DNA of 64,000 nucleotides from Escherichia phage JM10: sequence record PP400777. One strand, given 5' to 3'. The translations under genes were made by a program, and so were the position numbers. Of the stretch, positions 17,793 to 27,440 are shown in pieces (position 1 is the first letter of the stretch; each line of letters opens with the position of its first letter). The notes beneath the pieces were generated by a model, which saw only the letters and a program-made list of their open reading frames with translations, was not told the origin of the DNA and ran no database searches.

Positions 17793-19235
17793 TTAAAATT
17801 TTAGCTCATTGGCTAAGCTATCTAGGTCAGCCCGTGTTGCTTTGGCTTTACCTACGCGTTCCGTACGATTCACCTCTGCCTGACGCATCTGAGCACCTGC
17901 GTTTTCATTTACTGTGTTAGGTGTGTTCATGCCTTCTTGCTCAATCTCAATCCATTTCTGGTTGCCTTTACGTACACCCATCAGGAATTTATTCCACTTA
18001 TTCTTATCACCGTATCGTGATTTGATTTGTTTGATAAGTTGTTGTTCAGCTTGTGCAAGTTCTTCGGTTTCAATTACAGCCAACATGAAATCTGCCGTTG
18101 CTGGTAAACCTGCTGATTCTGCGATATCACTCATGTTCATGTCTGAAGCATCCCATGCTGCACGTCCTACTTGAGCTGCGGTCCATAGAACTGTTTCAGA
18201 TTCTACTGCTAATGCACGAAGTTCTTCTGCGATAGCTTTAACTAAGGTGTAGCTATTTTCAGTGTAAACTCTGATACGACAAGACCCACAAATACCTAAG
18301 TAATCAACCATGATTACAGATGGCACAAAGTTCTTCTTAAGTTTTAACTCATTAAGCAATGCACGAAATGTATTAGCGTTAGCTCCACCAGTAGGATACT
18401 GTTTAACTACTAAACGTCCTAATGTGGATTTTGAACGCCATTTTTCCATCTTGGCTTTATATTCAGCATAAGATACGTTACCATCATCGATATCATCGAG
18501 TGATACGTCAAGCATGTTTGCATCTATACGCTTAGCACAAACTTCTTCAGCCATTTCCATGGAAATATAAAGAACATTATGACCTGTTTGAAGATAATCT
18601 GCAGCAAGTGAACAAAGGCCTAAAGATTTACCAACGTTAACACCGGCCATTAAAACATTTAGTGTACCTGTTTCAGCACCACCTTTAGTGATTTTATTCA
18701 AAATGTTTAATTTGAACGGGACCTTACGTGCTTTATTTAGATAAGAAAGCCAGCGTGCTTCATAGTCTTCCATCCAGTCATGTCCAACATAACTATCGAA
18801 CGAAATTGAAAGTGCTTGACGCATAATATCAGGAATAGCTCCTACGTCAGGCATTTTCTTGTTACGTTGTTCTGGAGGTAGTTCAGCATTAGACTGAATC
18901 TCAATGATTTTGGACGTAGCATTATACATCGCTTTTTGCTGGACATATTTCTCAGTTTCTTTAACCAACCATTCGTGGTCTTCAGGAGTATCAGCCAATT
19001 TTTCAATTAGGTCTGAAGTTCCTTTATATTCGGCTTCAGTTAAAGAACTGTTATCTAAAGCCACCTTTAACGCATTGATAGATGGCATTGCATTATATTC
19101 GTTAACGTGGCTCTTTATAATTTTAAAGACATTTTTTGCCGGTCCACGCTCAAAGTAATCAGAATCCATATAAGGCCAGACCTTAGAAAAATAAGCCTGA
19201 TCATATACGAGATGAGACAAAATAATTTCTACCAC
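17793..19235 (-). CDS. 41: replicative DNA helicase gp41 (DnaB family)
   Basis: 480 aa; Walker A AGVNVGKS; synteny. Confidence 0.9.
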   Translation of the reverse strand: MVEIILSHLVYDQAYFSKVWPYMDSDYFERGPAKNVFKIIKSHVNEYNAMPSINALKVALDNSSLTEAEYKGTSDLIEKLADTPEDHEWLVKETEKYVQQKAMYNATSKIIEIQSNAELPPEQRNKKMPDVGAIPDIMRQALSISFDSYVGHDWMEDYEARWLSYLNKARKVPFKLNILNKITKGGAETGTLNVLMAGVNVGKSLGLCSLAADYLQTGHNVLYISMEMAEEVCAKRIDANMLDVSLDDIDDGNVSYAEYKAKMEKWRSKSTLGRLVVKQYPTGGANANTFRALLNELKLKKNFVPSVIMVDYLGICGSCRIRVYTENSYTLVKAIAEELRALAVESETVLWTAAQVGRAAWDASDMNMSDIAESAGLPATADFMLAVIETEELAQAEQQLIKQIKSRYGDKNKWNKFLMGVRKGNQKWIEIEQEGMNTPNTVNENAGAQMRQAEVNRTERVGKAKATRADLDSLANELKF

Positions 19236-19244
19236 GATAACTCC

Positions 19245-19607
19245 TTAAAAGAATTTAAATTTTTTCTTGGTTCGTTCATTAAAAGCTTGTTGTACTTGCA
19301 TTGTAACACATTTTTCAACATGTGGTGCAAGTTCTGCTTTTCTGTCCTGGTCAAGAACTGCAAAGTCCATTACGATTTTACCATCAACCCAGTCTAGTTT
19401 TGTAATATAGACTATATGATGAGAACCGTCTTCAAGTGTAATCAGAATCTCTTGAATGACATTTTCCATTGCTGAACGGATAATTTTAAGAGATTCATTA
19501 AACACTCGTTCTTTGCGAATGTCTTCCCCTTCCGAAGAAGGGGATTCATCAACGATTTCTAGATTTAAATCATCGAGATTATTCATCGAAATCTTCCATT
19601 TCGTCAA
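19245..19607 (-). CDS. 40: hypothetical protein, 120 aa (gene 40 position)
   Basis: Synteny between 41 and uvsX. Confidence 0.5.
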   Translation of the reverse strand: MTKWKISMNNLDDLNLEIVDESPSSEGEDIRKERVFNESLKIIRSAMENVIQEILITLEDGSHHIVYITKLDWVDGKIVMDFAVLDQDRKAELAPHVEKCVTMQVQQAFNERTKKKFKFF

Positions 19608-20751
19608 GGTCGTTTTCTATATCTGCTGCAGACGGAGCATCAGAAGTTTTAACCGGAACTTTAGTTGTTGCTTTGCAATTAATAAGGTCGTTAACAGCGT
19701 CATCAACTTCTTTAATAGAAGAGATAGCACCTAGTTTATATTTAGTTTCAATTGCATCTCGGAAAGGCTTATGTTTAAACAACGGCCCCCAGAATTCTAC
19801 ACAATCAGTAGCTTTAGCACGCCATGATTTTTCTTCACGAATCATTTCACCTGTTTCTTCGTCAAGGAATTCACGAGCATACCACCCGGCTTTAGGCTTA
19901 ACTACAAAACCAATTTCAGTTGCCATTTCTAACAAGCCACTGAATGGGTCAATACCGCCATCAAAATTAACCGTGATCGGGAAAGTAGATTTTTCTTTAA
20001 CAGTACGAGATTTTTCAGCTTTCAACGTGAAGTCATAACCGGTCAATTCTGTACCTTCTTTAACCTGACGTTTAGAGATAAAAAATACCGTGTTGGCAGA
20101 ATAAAGAATACCTGTACCACCGCCCATAATCTCTTTAGGATACAATCCGCCGATTTCCATTGCGGTATGGTTAATTGCAACACACGGAATATCTTTAATA
20201 GTCAGATACGGGGTCACAATACGGAAAAGAGATTTAAGTGCCTTAGCACGAGACATATCACCTACAACTTTCTCGTTCAACGCATCTTCGGTTTCTTTCT
20301 TAGATGCAGTATTACCGATTGAATCGATAAAGATAATAACTTTATCACCACGTTCAATCGCGTCAAGCTGATTAGTCATATCGACTTTAAGTTGTTCGAC
20401 AGATTGAATCGGAGTATGAACTACACGGTCTAAATCAACACCCATTGAACGAAAATAAGATTCTGAAGCACCGAATTCTGAGTCATAAAACAAACAGATT
20501 GCATCTTTATATTTCTTCATATACGCTGCAACCATAGTTAGTCCAAACAATGTTTTAAAATGTTTAGAAGGTGCAGCAAAAATAGTCAAGCCTGATTGCA
20601 ATCCTGCATTCAGAGCACCGCCTAGTGCAATATTCAACATCGGAATACGAGTAGGGACTTCATCACGATTATTAAACAGCTTAGACTTAGTCAAGTCTGC
20701 AGTCATTTTAGAAGTAGAAGCTTTAATCAGACGAGATTTTAAATCAGACAT
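19579..20751 (-). CDS. uvsX: UvsX recombinase (RecA family)
   Basis: 390 aa; RecA-like core; synteny. Confidence 0.9.
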   Translation of the reverse strand: MSDLKSRLIKASTSKMTADLTKSKLFNNRDEVPTRIPMLNIALGGALNAGLQSGLTIFAAPSKHFKTLFGLTMVAAYMKKYKDAICLFYDSEFGASESYFRSMGVDLDRVVHTPIQSVEQLKVDMTNQLDAIERGDKVIIFIDSIGNTASKKETEDALNEKVVGDMSRAKALKSLFRIVTPYLTIKDIPCVAINHTAMEIGGLYPKEIMGGGTGILYSANTVFFISKRQVKEGTELTGYDFTLKAEKSRTVKEKSTFPITVNFDGGIDPFSGLLEMATEIGFVVKPKAGWYAREFLDEETGEMIREEKSWRAKATDCVEFWGPLFKHKPFRDAIETKYKLGAISSIKEVDDAVNDLINCKATTKVPVKTSDAPSAADIENDLDEMEDFDE

Positions 20752-20850
20752 TGTATTTTTTCCATAGGCATCATTATATTTTACTCATGTTTAAAAGATA
20801 AGACGATTATATACTAAGGGTTATACAGCATTTAAAACTTTAAATGGCTC

Positions 20851-21399
20851 TTAACGAGCCCATTTGATGATTTCTGTAATCAAATCATTACGTTCGCTTG
20901 CATTAAATCCTATAACTTTGTTAGCACCATCATGATTAAGTAATTGATACGTTTGGATTTTGTTATGAATTGCAAACTCTTCAAAATGTGAAATGACTGT
21001 ATTAAAACCGAATGAAGACAAAGTAATAAGATCGTCTTCAAAACTTTCAGTCATTTCGTTACGTGTTAAAATAATTGTGAACACATCATGGTTTTGGCAA
21101 AGACGAACATAATCCTGTTCATAAACGTCAAGAACCGAGTCCGCATCTTGTCGAATACGTCCATAAACCCAGTTACTAATATATCCACGGTCTAATAGAT
21201 AAATCTTAGTAGGGTCTAAATAATTCAACATCGTTTCGAAACAGCCAACTTCATTTCGAGACTTAACATCGAAACGTCCATCAACTGTTCGTTTAGGGAA
21301 ATCAATCTTTACATATCTTTCACTAATTTCCATTATGTCATTAATGAAAGTTGTTTTACCAGCATTATCCGGGCCATCTACTAAAATAATTTTAGCCAT
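20851..21399 (-). CDS. thymidylate-kinase-like P-loop nucleotide kinase
   Basis: 182 aa; P-loop ILVDGPDNAGKTT; DRY-like motif LDRGYISNWVYG. Confidence 0.55.
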   Translation of the reverse strand: MAKIILVDGPDNAGKTTFINDIMEISERYVKIDFPKRTVDGRFDVKSRNEVGCFETMLNYLDPTKIYLLDRGYISNWVYGRIRQDADSVLDVYEQDYVRLCQNHDVFTIILTRNEMTESFEDDLITLSSFGFNTVISHFEEFAIHNKIQTYQLLNHDGANKVIGFNASERNDLITEIIKWAR

Positions 21400-21400
21400 T

Positions 21401-22300
21401 TTATTCCTCGATTACGACATCTTCGTATTTAGGTATATTATACGGTGAAGAAATTAAAGCGTTAAAGTAGATGAACTCACCAAGACCTGGATGGAATACT
21501 TCTTCAGGATTTTCGAAATATTGAATCTTCGGACGTCCTTTAAGAATTTGATAGTACTCAGTTTTAGTTGGTTTAAAAATTCGAATCAACGCTTCTTCAG
21601 GATACTTATTTCTGTCGAAGCTATTATTTGGATCGGTTATATAAAGCGGTTGGCCTAATTGAATTGCACATTCAACCACTTGTTCAAAACGATAGCACGG
21701 GTCACTAATTCGAAATGGATGAAAAATACCATCTAGATGAATAGGAGCCAAATCACCTACAAGACGCTGCATGATGGAAGGACGTATAACTTTCTGCGTT
21801 ACGATAATCTTATTACCATCTGCACCTGCGTTAACCAGCACTTCTTTTTGACGTTCATTCAACACAGTAGTTTGAAGTGAACGATTAACCGACAACATAT
21901 CAGTTTTTAAGAATTCGTCAATATAAAAACGTGGTTTATTAGGGTCTGCAGTGATATTGAAATTGAATTCCACATCAAAAGCGCCGTCATATCCGGTGAT
22001 ATCTGTGATTAGAAAATCACAATCATAATAAGCAATTAATGAATCAACCACAAATTCATTTTCAGACCAGAAATATTTACGAGTGTTATACGCGTTATCT
22101 TTATACCATAATGGAACAAACTTAAATTCTGGGAAAAGACGTTCGCATTCTTTAATATCGGATGCATTACGTGGATATGTAATCACATCGCCTGGATTAG
22201 CACGGTGCAAATGAAGTTGGAAGTTGCCATCCTTAAGGATAGCATACTGTCCAGTTTCATAAGACCGCATACTCAAAATAGGTACGCGGAAAATAGCCAT
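21401..22300 (-). CDS. hypothetical protein, 299 aa, at the T4 beta-gt position; candidate sugar transferase (inference)
   Basis: No motif recognised by eye; translationally coupled between gene 42 and the Tmk-like gene. Confidence 0.5.
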   Translation of the reverse strand: MAIFRVPILSMRSYETGQYAILKDGNFQLHLHRANPGDVITYPRNASDIKECERLFPEFKFVPLWYKDNAYNTRKYFWSENEFVVDSLIAYYDCDFLITDITGYDGAFDVEFNFNITADPNKPRFYIDEFLKTDMLSVNRSLQTTVLNERQKEVLVNAGADGNKIIVTQKVIRPSIMQRLVGDLAPIHLDGIFHPFRISDPCYRFEQVVECAIQLGQPLYITDPNNSFDRNKYPEEALIRIFKPTKTEYYQILKGRPKIQYFENPEEVFHPGLGEFIYFNALISSPYNIPKYEDVVIEE

Positions 22301-23016
22301 TAGTCAAGGAATCCTTTAACATAATCAAAATCACGTTCAAACACATGGGCACTTACCATGGTATGAGTATAATCACCAACTTCTACACCACATTCGTTAG
22401 CGATATAATGAAGTAATTTTCCTTGGAGATAAAAATCCAACTGCATAACAACAGCACAGTTCTGAGAACGCATATGACAGTGGGTATAAAGCTTACCATC
22501 ACGAATATAATAAGTCACTGAGTCAGTACATGGATATTCAAGCGTTTCGTCTGAATCAAGCAAAGCCTGATCAGAACTTTCTAGAATTTGGAACACAACT
22601 CTTCGAGAGTTAGGCTTCTCTTTAAGTTCTTTTAGAAGAGTTGGTAATTGGGCCGCAATGCGAGGACCATAGAAAGTGTTGAAGTTCGCCGGCAAAACAT
22701 CTGATTTTGGTTTAGAAATAAATTTAGCGACATTAGGATATGCCTTAAACGCTTCTTCTGCGTTGGTACCACCAGAAATCATAAACTTCCAGAAGTCTTC
22801 GGCATATTCATAAGAGATGCGGTTAATACGTGGGTCGGTCATTTTGAATGATGATGGAGTGTCAACAACTACTGTCATAGACCCAATTTCATTACAACGT
22901 CCAATACGAGAATCAGTTACGAATTCCGGGTTTTCTAAAATTTCACGATTGACTGCTTTAAATGCGGTTTGAAAATCTGCGGCTTTGATATATTTCATTG
23001 TGTTATGTTTTCCCAT
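22300..23016 (-). CDS. 42: dCMP hydroxymethylase (thymidylate-synthase fold)
   Basis: 238 aa; PCTDSVTYYIRDGKLYTHCHMRSQNCAVVMQLDF...CGVEVGDYTHTMVSAHVF parallels TS PCH..FQFYV.DGKL.CQLYQRS.D; synteny. Confidence 0.75.
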   Translation of the reverse strand: MGKHNTMKYIKAADFQTAFKAVNREILENPEFVTDSRIGRCNEIGSMTVVVDTPSSFKMTDPRINRISYEYAEDFWKFMISGGTNAEEAFKAYPNVAKFISKPKSDVLPANFNTFYGPRIAAQLPTLLKELKEKPNSRRVVFQILESSDQALLDSDETLEYPCTDSVTYYIRDGKLYTHCHMRSQNCAVVMQLDFYLQGKLLHYIANECGVEVGDYTHTMVSAHVFERDFDYVKGFLD

Positions 23017-23058
23017 GTTTACCTCAATACAATTTATTATATACTCAATTCGTAAAGC

Positions 23059-23298
23059 TTATTTGAATTTCTTGACAATGTTGATATAACGTAAAGCTTC
23101 AGCATCGATACTTCCAAGAACACTATGAAGAAATGCATCAGCGTAGTATTCCAATTGAACAGGTTCTTTAATCACTTTAGCCGCTTTAGTTTCAAACAGG
23201 CCCATCAGGGCCTGTTTAAGAATTTGTTCATTAGTGTTCAGTTTCATAGTCAAAATCTCTTCATTAAGTTGGTGGTTAAAAGTTTTTCTAGAAATCAT
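23059..23298 (-). CDS. hypothetical protein, 79 aa
   Basis: ORF track. Confidence 0.45.
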   Translation of the reverse strand: MISRKTFNHQLNEEILTMKLNTNEQILKQALMGLFETKAAKVIKEPVQLEYYADAFLHSVLGSIDAEALRYINIVKKFK

Positions 23299-24455
23299 TC
23301 CGGGTACCTCAAAGCGTCATCAGAGTTAGTTATATCAATAATAGATATAGAGTTTTCTGCTAACCCGTTTTTAGATAATTGACGTTTATAATATCTTTCA
23401 CAATATGTACACGTCGTCCCGCAGATTTCATTAGCACAATCGAAATCTGGATGTCTGAACCACCTTTTTTCTAAAAAGCCATCTAACAAAGAGGTTTCAA
23501 TATTTACTGTATGTGAAAACTCAGTTTCGTTTTCAAGAGTGAAAATAGTCTCTAAAGGCTTCCACAGTTCTAACAAATTACCTTCAAACTTTTCAGAAGC
23601 GTATGCTTCAAGAACTTTCAAAATGTAGTCTGTACTACCTGTACGTCCTGAAACTTTGAATTGAGTGATACCAATATCATTATAAAGTTTCAAATCTTGA
23701 GGACGAACAAAACGAGTTCTCAACCAGTTAAATGGGTCTGTATCACGAGCTTTAATACAGTGCTGCATAGGATATCCGTTTAAGGATTTAGCATCATCAG
23801 CTGTAACATCAGTACTATGGAAAATATAGCAAGAGTCACGATAGCTACAATGTGTTGTATACCCTTTACCAGCATTAGAACAGAACTCATTTACAAGAAC
23901 TTCAAATATTATATTGTTCTTATTGCAAAACTCTGCTGCACGCTTCAGGAAAGAAACTGAACGGTTCTTATGAATTCCACAGCAGACCTTTTTGATATTA
24001 TATTGGTCATGCAAGTATTTGATTTGAGTTACAGCATCGACATGTAGAATTGTTGAAACTTCAATCTCAATGTCTTTATTGACTTCACGAACAATTTCCA
24101 TAACAACAGGGTTAGCGATAGTAATACGCCATACGCCTATTGACCAAAGATACTGAACATAATCCTGAATAGCTTTCTTCTTCCACTCAACTAGTTCTCT
24201 TTTTGAACCAGGATTTATCGTGTTGAGTGTATAGTTAAAGCAAATACCTAATTCGTTACAACGTTTAACGTAATCTTCTAACATCTTTTTGTCAACGTCA
24301 GGAAGCCTAAAATCAGGTCTGGCTGCTACAAAAGCCATTTCTCTTGTAGAGCCGTATACTTCGTTTATCAAGCTATTAGGATAAGTTTTATTGAGCTCTA
24401 CGATTTTATCAAGAAGAGCTAAATCAAAATTCGTTCCGATTTTAAAAGTATTCAT
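23295..24455 (-). CDS. hypothetical Cys-rich protein, 386 aa; candidate modification enzyme (inference)
   Basis: C-terminal cluster DFDCANEICGTTCTYCERYY (contains CxxxCxxC); inside the sugar operon. Confidence 0.5.
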   Translation of the reverse strand: MNTFKIGTNFDLALLDKIVELNKTYPNSLINEVYGSTREMAFVAARPDFRLPDVDKKMLEDYVKRCNELGICFNYTLNTINPGSKRELVEWKKKAIQDYVQYLWSIGVWRITIANPVVMEIVREVNKDIEIEVSTILHVDAVTQIKYLHDQYNIKKVCCGIHKNRSVSFLKRAAEFCNKNNIIFEVLVNEFCSNAGKGYTTHCSYRDSCYIFHSTDVTADDAKSLNGYPMQHCIKARDTDPFNWLRTRFVRPQDLKLYNDIGITQFKVSGRTGSTDYILKVLEAYASEKFEGNLLELWKPLETIFTLENETEFSHTVNIETSLLDGFLEKRWFRHPDFDCANEICGTTCTYCERYYKRQLSKNGLAENSISIIDITNSDDALRYPE

Positions 24456-24511
24456 TTTTTTGCATCTCGCGTTAATTGATGCGATGGTTTTTGCAGGTCT
24501 TACTTAAATTA

Positions 24512-24898
24512 TTATAGATTAGGTTTATATGATTTAAATGTTTCGAATTCGCCTTTATTCATAAGAGCTTTGAATTCGTCAGGACGCATAGCTTTGTCGT
24601 CGATAATCCAATCATATACTGGTTTATGTGTTAGCAAATTATGGTACTTCAAGCCAATGTTTGCCAAGTTCTGAATCAGACTTGGGAGAATGTCAATTGC
24701 TATACGTCCAGGACCTACTGACTTCATACCGCGAGCAGTGTAAAGCGTTATTGTATGCCCTGCATCATACAGAGCATTAATGGCAGACACCATTTCGACG
24801 TCTGGTTTGAAGTTCACGTAATCACGATTGTTATTCCACTCTGTTATACAATCATCGACATCAAAACAAAGATTAAGCATGTTTTCTACACGGTGCAT
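24512..24898 (-). CDS. HAD-superfamily phosphatase (sugar-phosphate phosphatase-like)
   Basis: Motif I LCFDVDDCIT near N-terminus; start probably at an internal Met overlapping the upstream stop. Confidence 0.6.
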   Translation of the reverse strand: MHRVENMLNLCFDVDDCITEWNNNRDYVNFKPDVEMVSAINALYDAGHTITLYTARGMKSVGPGRIAIDILPSLIQNLANIGLKYHNLLTHKPVYDWIIDDKAMRPDEFKALMNKGEFETFKSYKPNL

Positions 24899-26583
24899 TA
24901 GATTCGTTCCCATTGATGAGTGATATCGCCACCGATTGGACGATAGGAAACACCAGTTTCTTTATCAGTTAGTACCCATTTACCAGGATTTTTTGTAATC
25001 AGAGTAGCCGTTACAGGTTCTGCTACGTCATAACTAATAGAGCCGTCCTGAAGTACACGGCCCATGTTACGTAATTGCTTAGTCAGAAGTTCCATACCTT
25101 TATAATATGCGGCTACCGCTTTAAGTGGATTATTCTTGAAATAACCACCTAATGCAATCCAGATAATTGCCACTGCCAAATGATGATACTCGTTAAACGA
25201 ACTCATCTTTCCATATTTGTAAACTAATGGATTGATGTTAATAGTCACATTACAAGTTGTTTCATCAATAGTAAACTGTCCCCAGGTCGGATTAGCATTG
25301 AATTCATCATAACCTGAAACAGCATAAAGCACTTTAGCTTCATCATACAATTTTGGCCCGTAAATCTTGGTTTCGCCAAAATATCCACGAGGGTCGATAA
25401 ACTTGACTTCGCCGTTATCAGTAATCATAGTATTACTGAAGTTCGGGTCACCGTGAATAACAGAGTACTGCCCCTGAGAACGGTTATGATAACGAATAAG
25501 GTGTTCTAAAGCTTGTTTCAGCATTGGCTTCAGACGTCCAATCTTAGTGTAGTTCACATGTGTGATTTTACCAAATGAATCAATCAATGGTTGAATGCTT
25601 TCACAACGATCAATAACTTTCGTATAGAATTCTTTAGTGAAATCACGACGAACAGTTTCAGGACTTACAAAATAAGTGTCTGTGCTGAATTTCAGTGCAT
25701 CTAAAATTGCATCAACAATTTGTGGACGAGCAAGACTTGATTTGGATTTAATATATTCAAATGCCGGCTTACCTTTAATGCGTTCCATTTCAAAGTTATT
25801 TTCATTAACAGAAACTAACTGAGGAACTGAATCTGATTTCACTTTAAGATACCATGAAATCTCATCTTTCTGAAGAGCTCGACCTTGTTCAGTTAATGCG
25901 AATTTAGTTACAGTTTCTTCACCAATTTCAACTGCATTAAAACTACGATTAAGTTCACGAACTTCATGAGCTTTTTCAAGTTTAGGCATATCACCTAAAT
26001 CAATTATATTCATAAGCTCTGATTTATTGAATGCGCCGCTGTAAAGGAATTCTACAAAATCACGTCCTTTGCAGTATTCATGAATTTCCTCATCGGTAGA
26101 ACCCATATAGAATTCCCAGTCTTTGAACTGATAAATTCCTACAACATTACCACCTGTTGAACCTACGTTAGTGATATTTTCACCGTCGAAATTATAGCGA
26201 CATTCGTCACCCTTAACATAGATTGCGTTGACATTCCAAGACCATGAACCAAAATCAGGAATAATATCGCACCAGTTAACAATTACGTTATGGCCATCTA
26301 AATCTTTGTGTAATTTAGCAAGAGCATAAGCAGATCCGTATGCTTCATCAACTGTACGAATAGTCACATTGAACCCTTCTTGCTCACAATAAGCTCGAAC
26401 AGTTTCAGCAAATTTTGAATGAACTACTACAATAATTTCATCTGCGCCAAGGTCAGAATAAATTGTATACAAATTGCTCAGAATAGTGTCTTGTTTATAG
26501 TTAACAAGCACCTTAGGAATATGATGCGTTATTGGATACAAACGAGTTGCCAGTCCAGCACCAAGAATAACAGCTTTTTTCAT
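24898..26583 (-). CDS. bifunctional sugar-1-phosphate nucleotidyltransferase (N-terminal) / protein-kinase-like sugar kinase (C-terminal)
   Basis: 561 aa; N-terminus MKKAVILGAGLATRLYPIT (RmlA-like G-x-G-T-R-L); C-terminal HGDPNFSN (HGDxxxxN) and FIDPRG (APH/choline-kinase family). Confidence 0.7.
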   Translation of the reverse strand: MKKAVILGAGLATRLYPITHHIPKVLVNYKQDTILSNLYTIYSDLGADEIIVVVHSKFAETVRAYCEQEGFNVTIRTVDEAYGSAYALAKLHKDLDGHNVIVNWCDIIPDFGSWSWNVNAIYVKGDECRYNFDGENITNVGSTGGNVVGIYQFKDWEFYMGSTDEEIHEYCKGRDFVEFLYSGAFNKSELMNIIDLGDMPKLEKAHEVRELNRSFNAVEIGEETVTKFALTEQGRALQKDEISWYLKVKSDSVPQLVSVNENNFEMERIKGKPAFEYIKSKSSLARPQIVDAILDALKFSTDTYFVSPETVRRDFTKEFYTKVIDRCESIQPLIDSFGKITHVNYTKIGRLKPMLKQALEHLIRYHNRSQGQYSVIHGDPNFSNTMITDNGEVKFIDPRGYFGETKIYGPKLYDEAKVLYAVSGYDEFNANPTWGQFTIDETTCNVTININPLVYKYGKMSSFNEYHHLAVAIIWIALGGYFKNNPLKAVAAYYKGMELLTKQLRNMGRVLQDGSISYDVAEPVTATLITKNPGKWVLTDKETGVSYRPIGGDITHQWERI

Positions 26584-26624
26584 GTTGTGGTCCTCATTGG
26601 TAAGTAGGAGTATTGTACACTATT

Positions 26625-26768
26625 CTAGTTAAAGCATTCATACTTCGCTTGTAGTCCAATCATAATCCATCCGATTATAAGAGTCGGAACCATTACTGGA
26701 GCCGTTAAGCTCCAGTAGATAGTCATGACAAGCATCAATAGTAAAAGTCCTATTGTTATTGCTTTCAT
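26625..26768 (-). CDS. small membrane protein, 47 aa
   Basis: Hand translation MKAITIGLLLLMLVMTIYWSLTAPVMVPTLIIGWIMIGLQAKYECFN; ATGA start/stop overlap with the SIS gene; SD GAGG. Confidence 0.45.
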   Translation of the reverse strand: MKAITIGLLLLMLVMTIYWSLTAPVMVPTLIIGWIMIGLQAKYECFN

Positions 26769-27400
26769 TGCTCGCCTCGTAACATGGCACCTAGTGCACC
26801 GCCTGGATGGAACTTAAGGAAGTCATTAGAGGTAAATCCACGTTCAGACGAAAGGTTGATAGCAAACGTATCGATAAGCGCTAACAACAATGTAGTGGAC
26901 ATAGTCGGAGCCAGAGAATTCTCATCAACCTCTACTGCGATGCCTGTACAGAACGTATAATCAAAAAGAGCTTCGTATTCTTGTGGAATGTCAGGGTTAC
27001 AATGTAACAGAATCTGTTTAACCTGAGGACGAATCATACGAAGATGTTTAGCAACACCTATCATTTCTTCAGTCTTACCAGAACGACTGATGTGAACTAA
27101 TACATCATTAGGTGCAATAAATCCTGCGTCACCATGAGAATAATGCCCGGTGTTCAAATACATGCTAGGAATACCGAGTGAAGCAAAAGTCTCGGAAGCT
27201 TTAGTTGCGATATTAGCATTCTTACCAACACCTGTAATAATTACTCGGCTTTCATAATTACTAAGTCCCGGGCGTCGAAGAGTTTCTAGAATAGCATTAT
27301 AACGAGCAGGGTTTTGACTAATTACTTTGGCCATAGCGGCCAAAGAAGAAGCTTGTTTTATGATTGCGTCAATAGCGATAGTAATAGGAGTAGTTTTCAT
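26765..27400 (-). CDS. SIS-domain sugar-phosphate isomerase (arabinose-5-phosphate isomerase KdsD/GutQ-like, no CBS domains)
   Basis: 211 aa; VIITGVGKNANIA, SRSGKTEE, HPGGALG. Confidence 0.7.
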   Translation of the reverse strand: MKTTPITIAIDAIIKQASSLAAMAKVISQNPARYNAILETLRRPGLSNYESRVIITGVGKNANIATKASETFASLGIPSMYLNTGHYSHGDAGFIAPNDVLVHISRSGKTEEMIGVAKHLRMIRPQVKQILLHCNPDIPQEYEALFDYTFCTGIAVEVDENSLAPTMSTTLLLALIDTFAINLSSERGFTSNDFLKFHPGGALGAMLRGEQ

Positions 27401-27440
27401 ATTTCTCTCATTTAATTAGTTTACCGTCCATGACATTATA

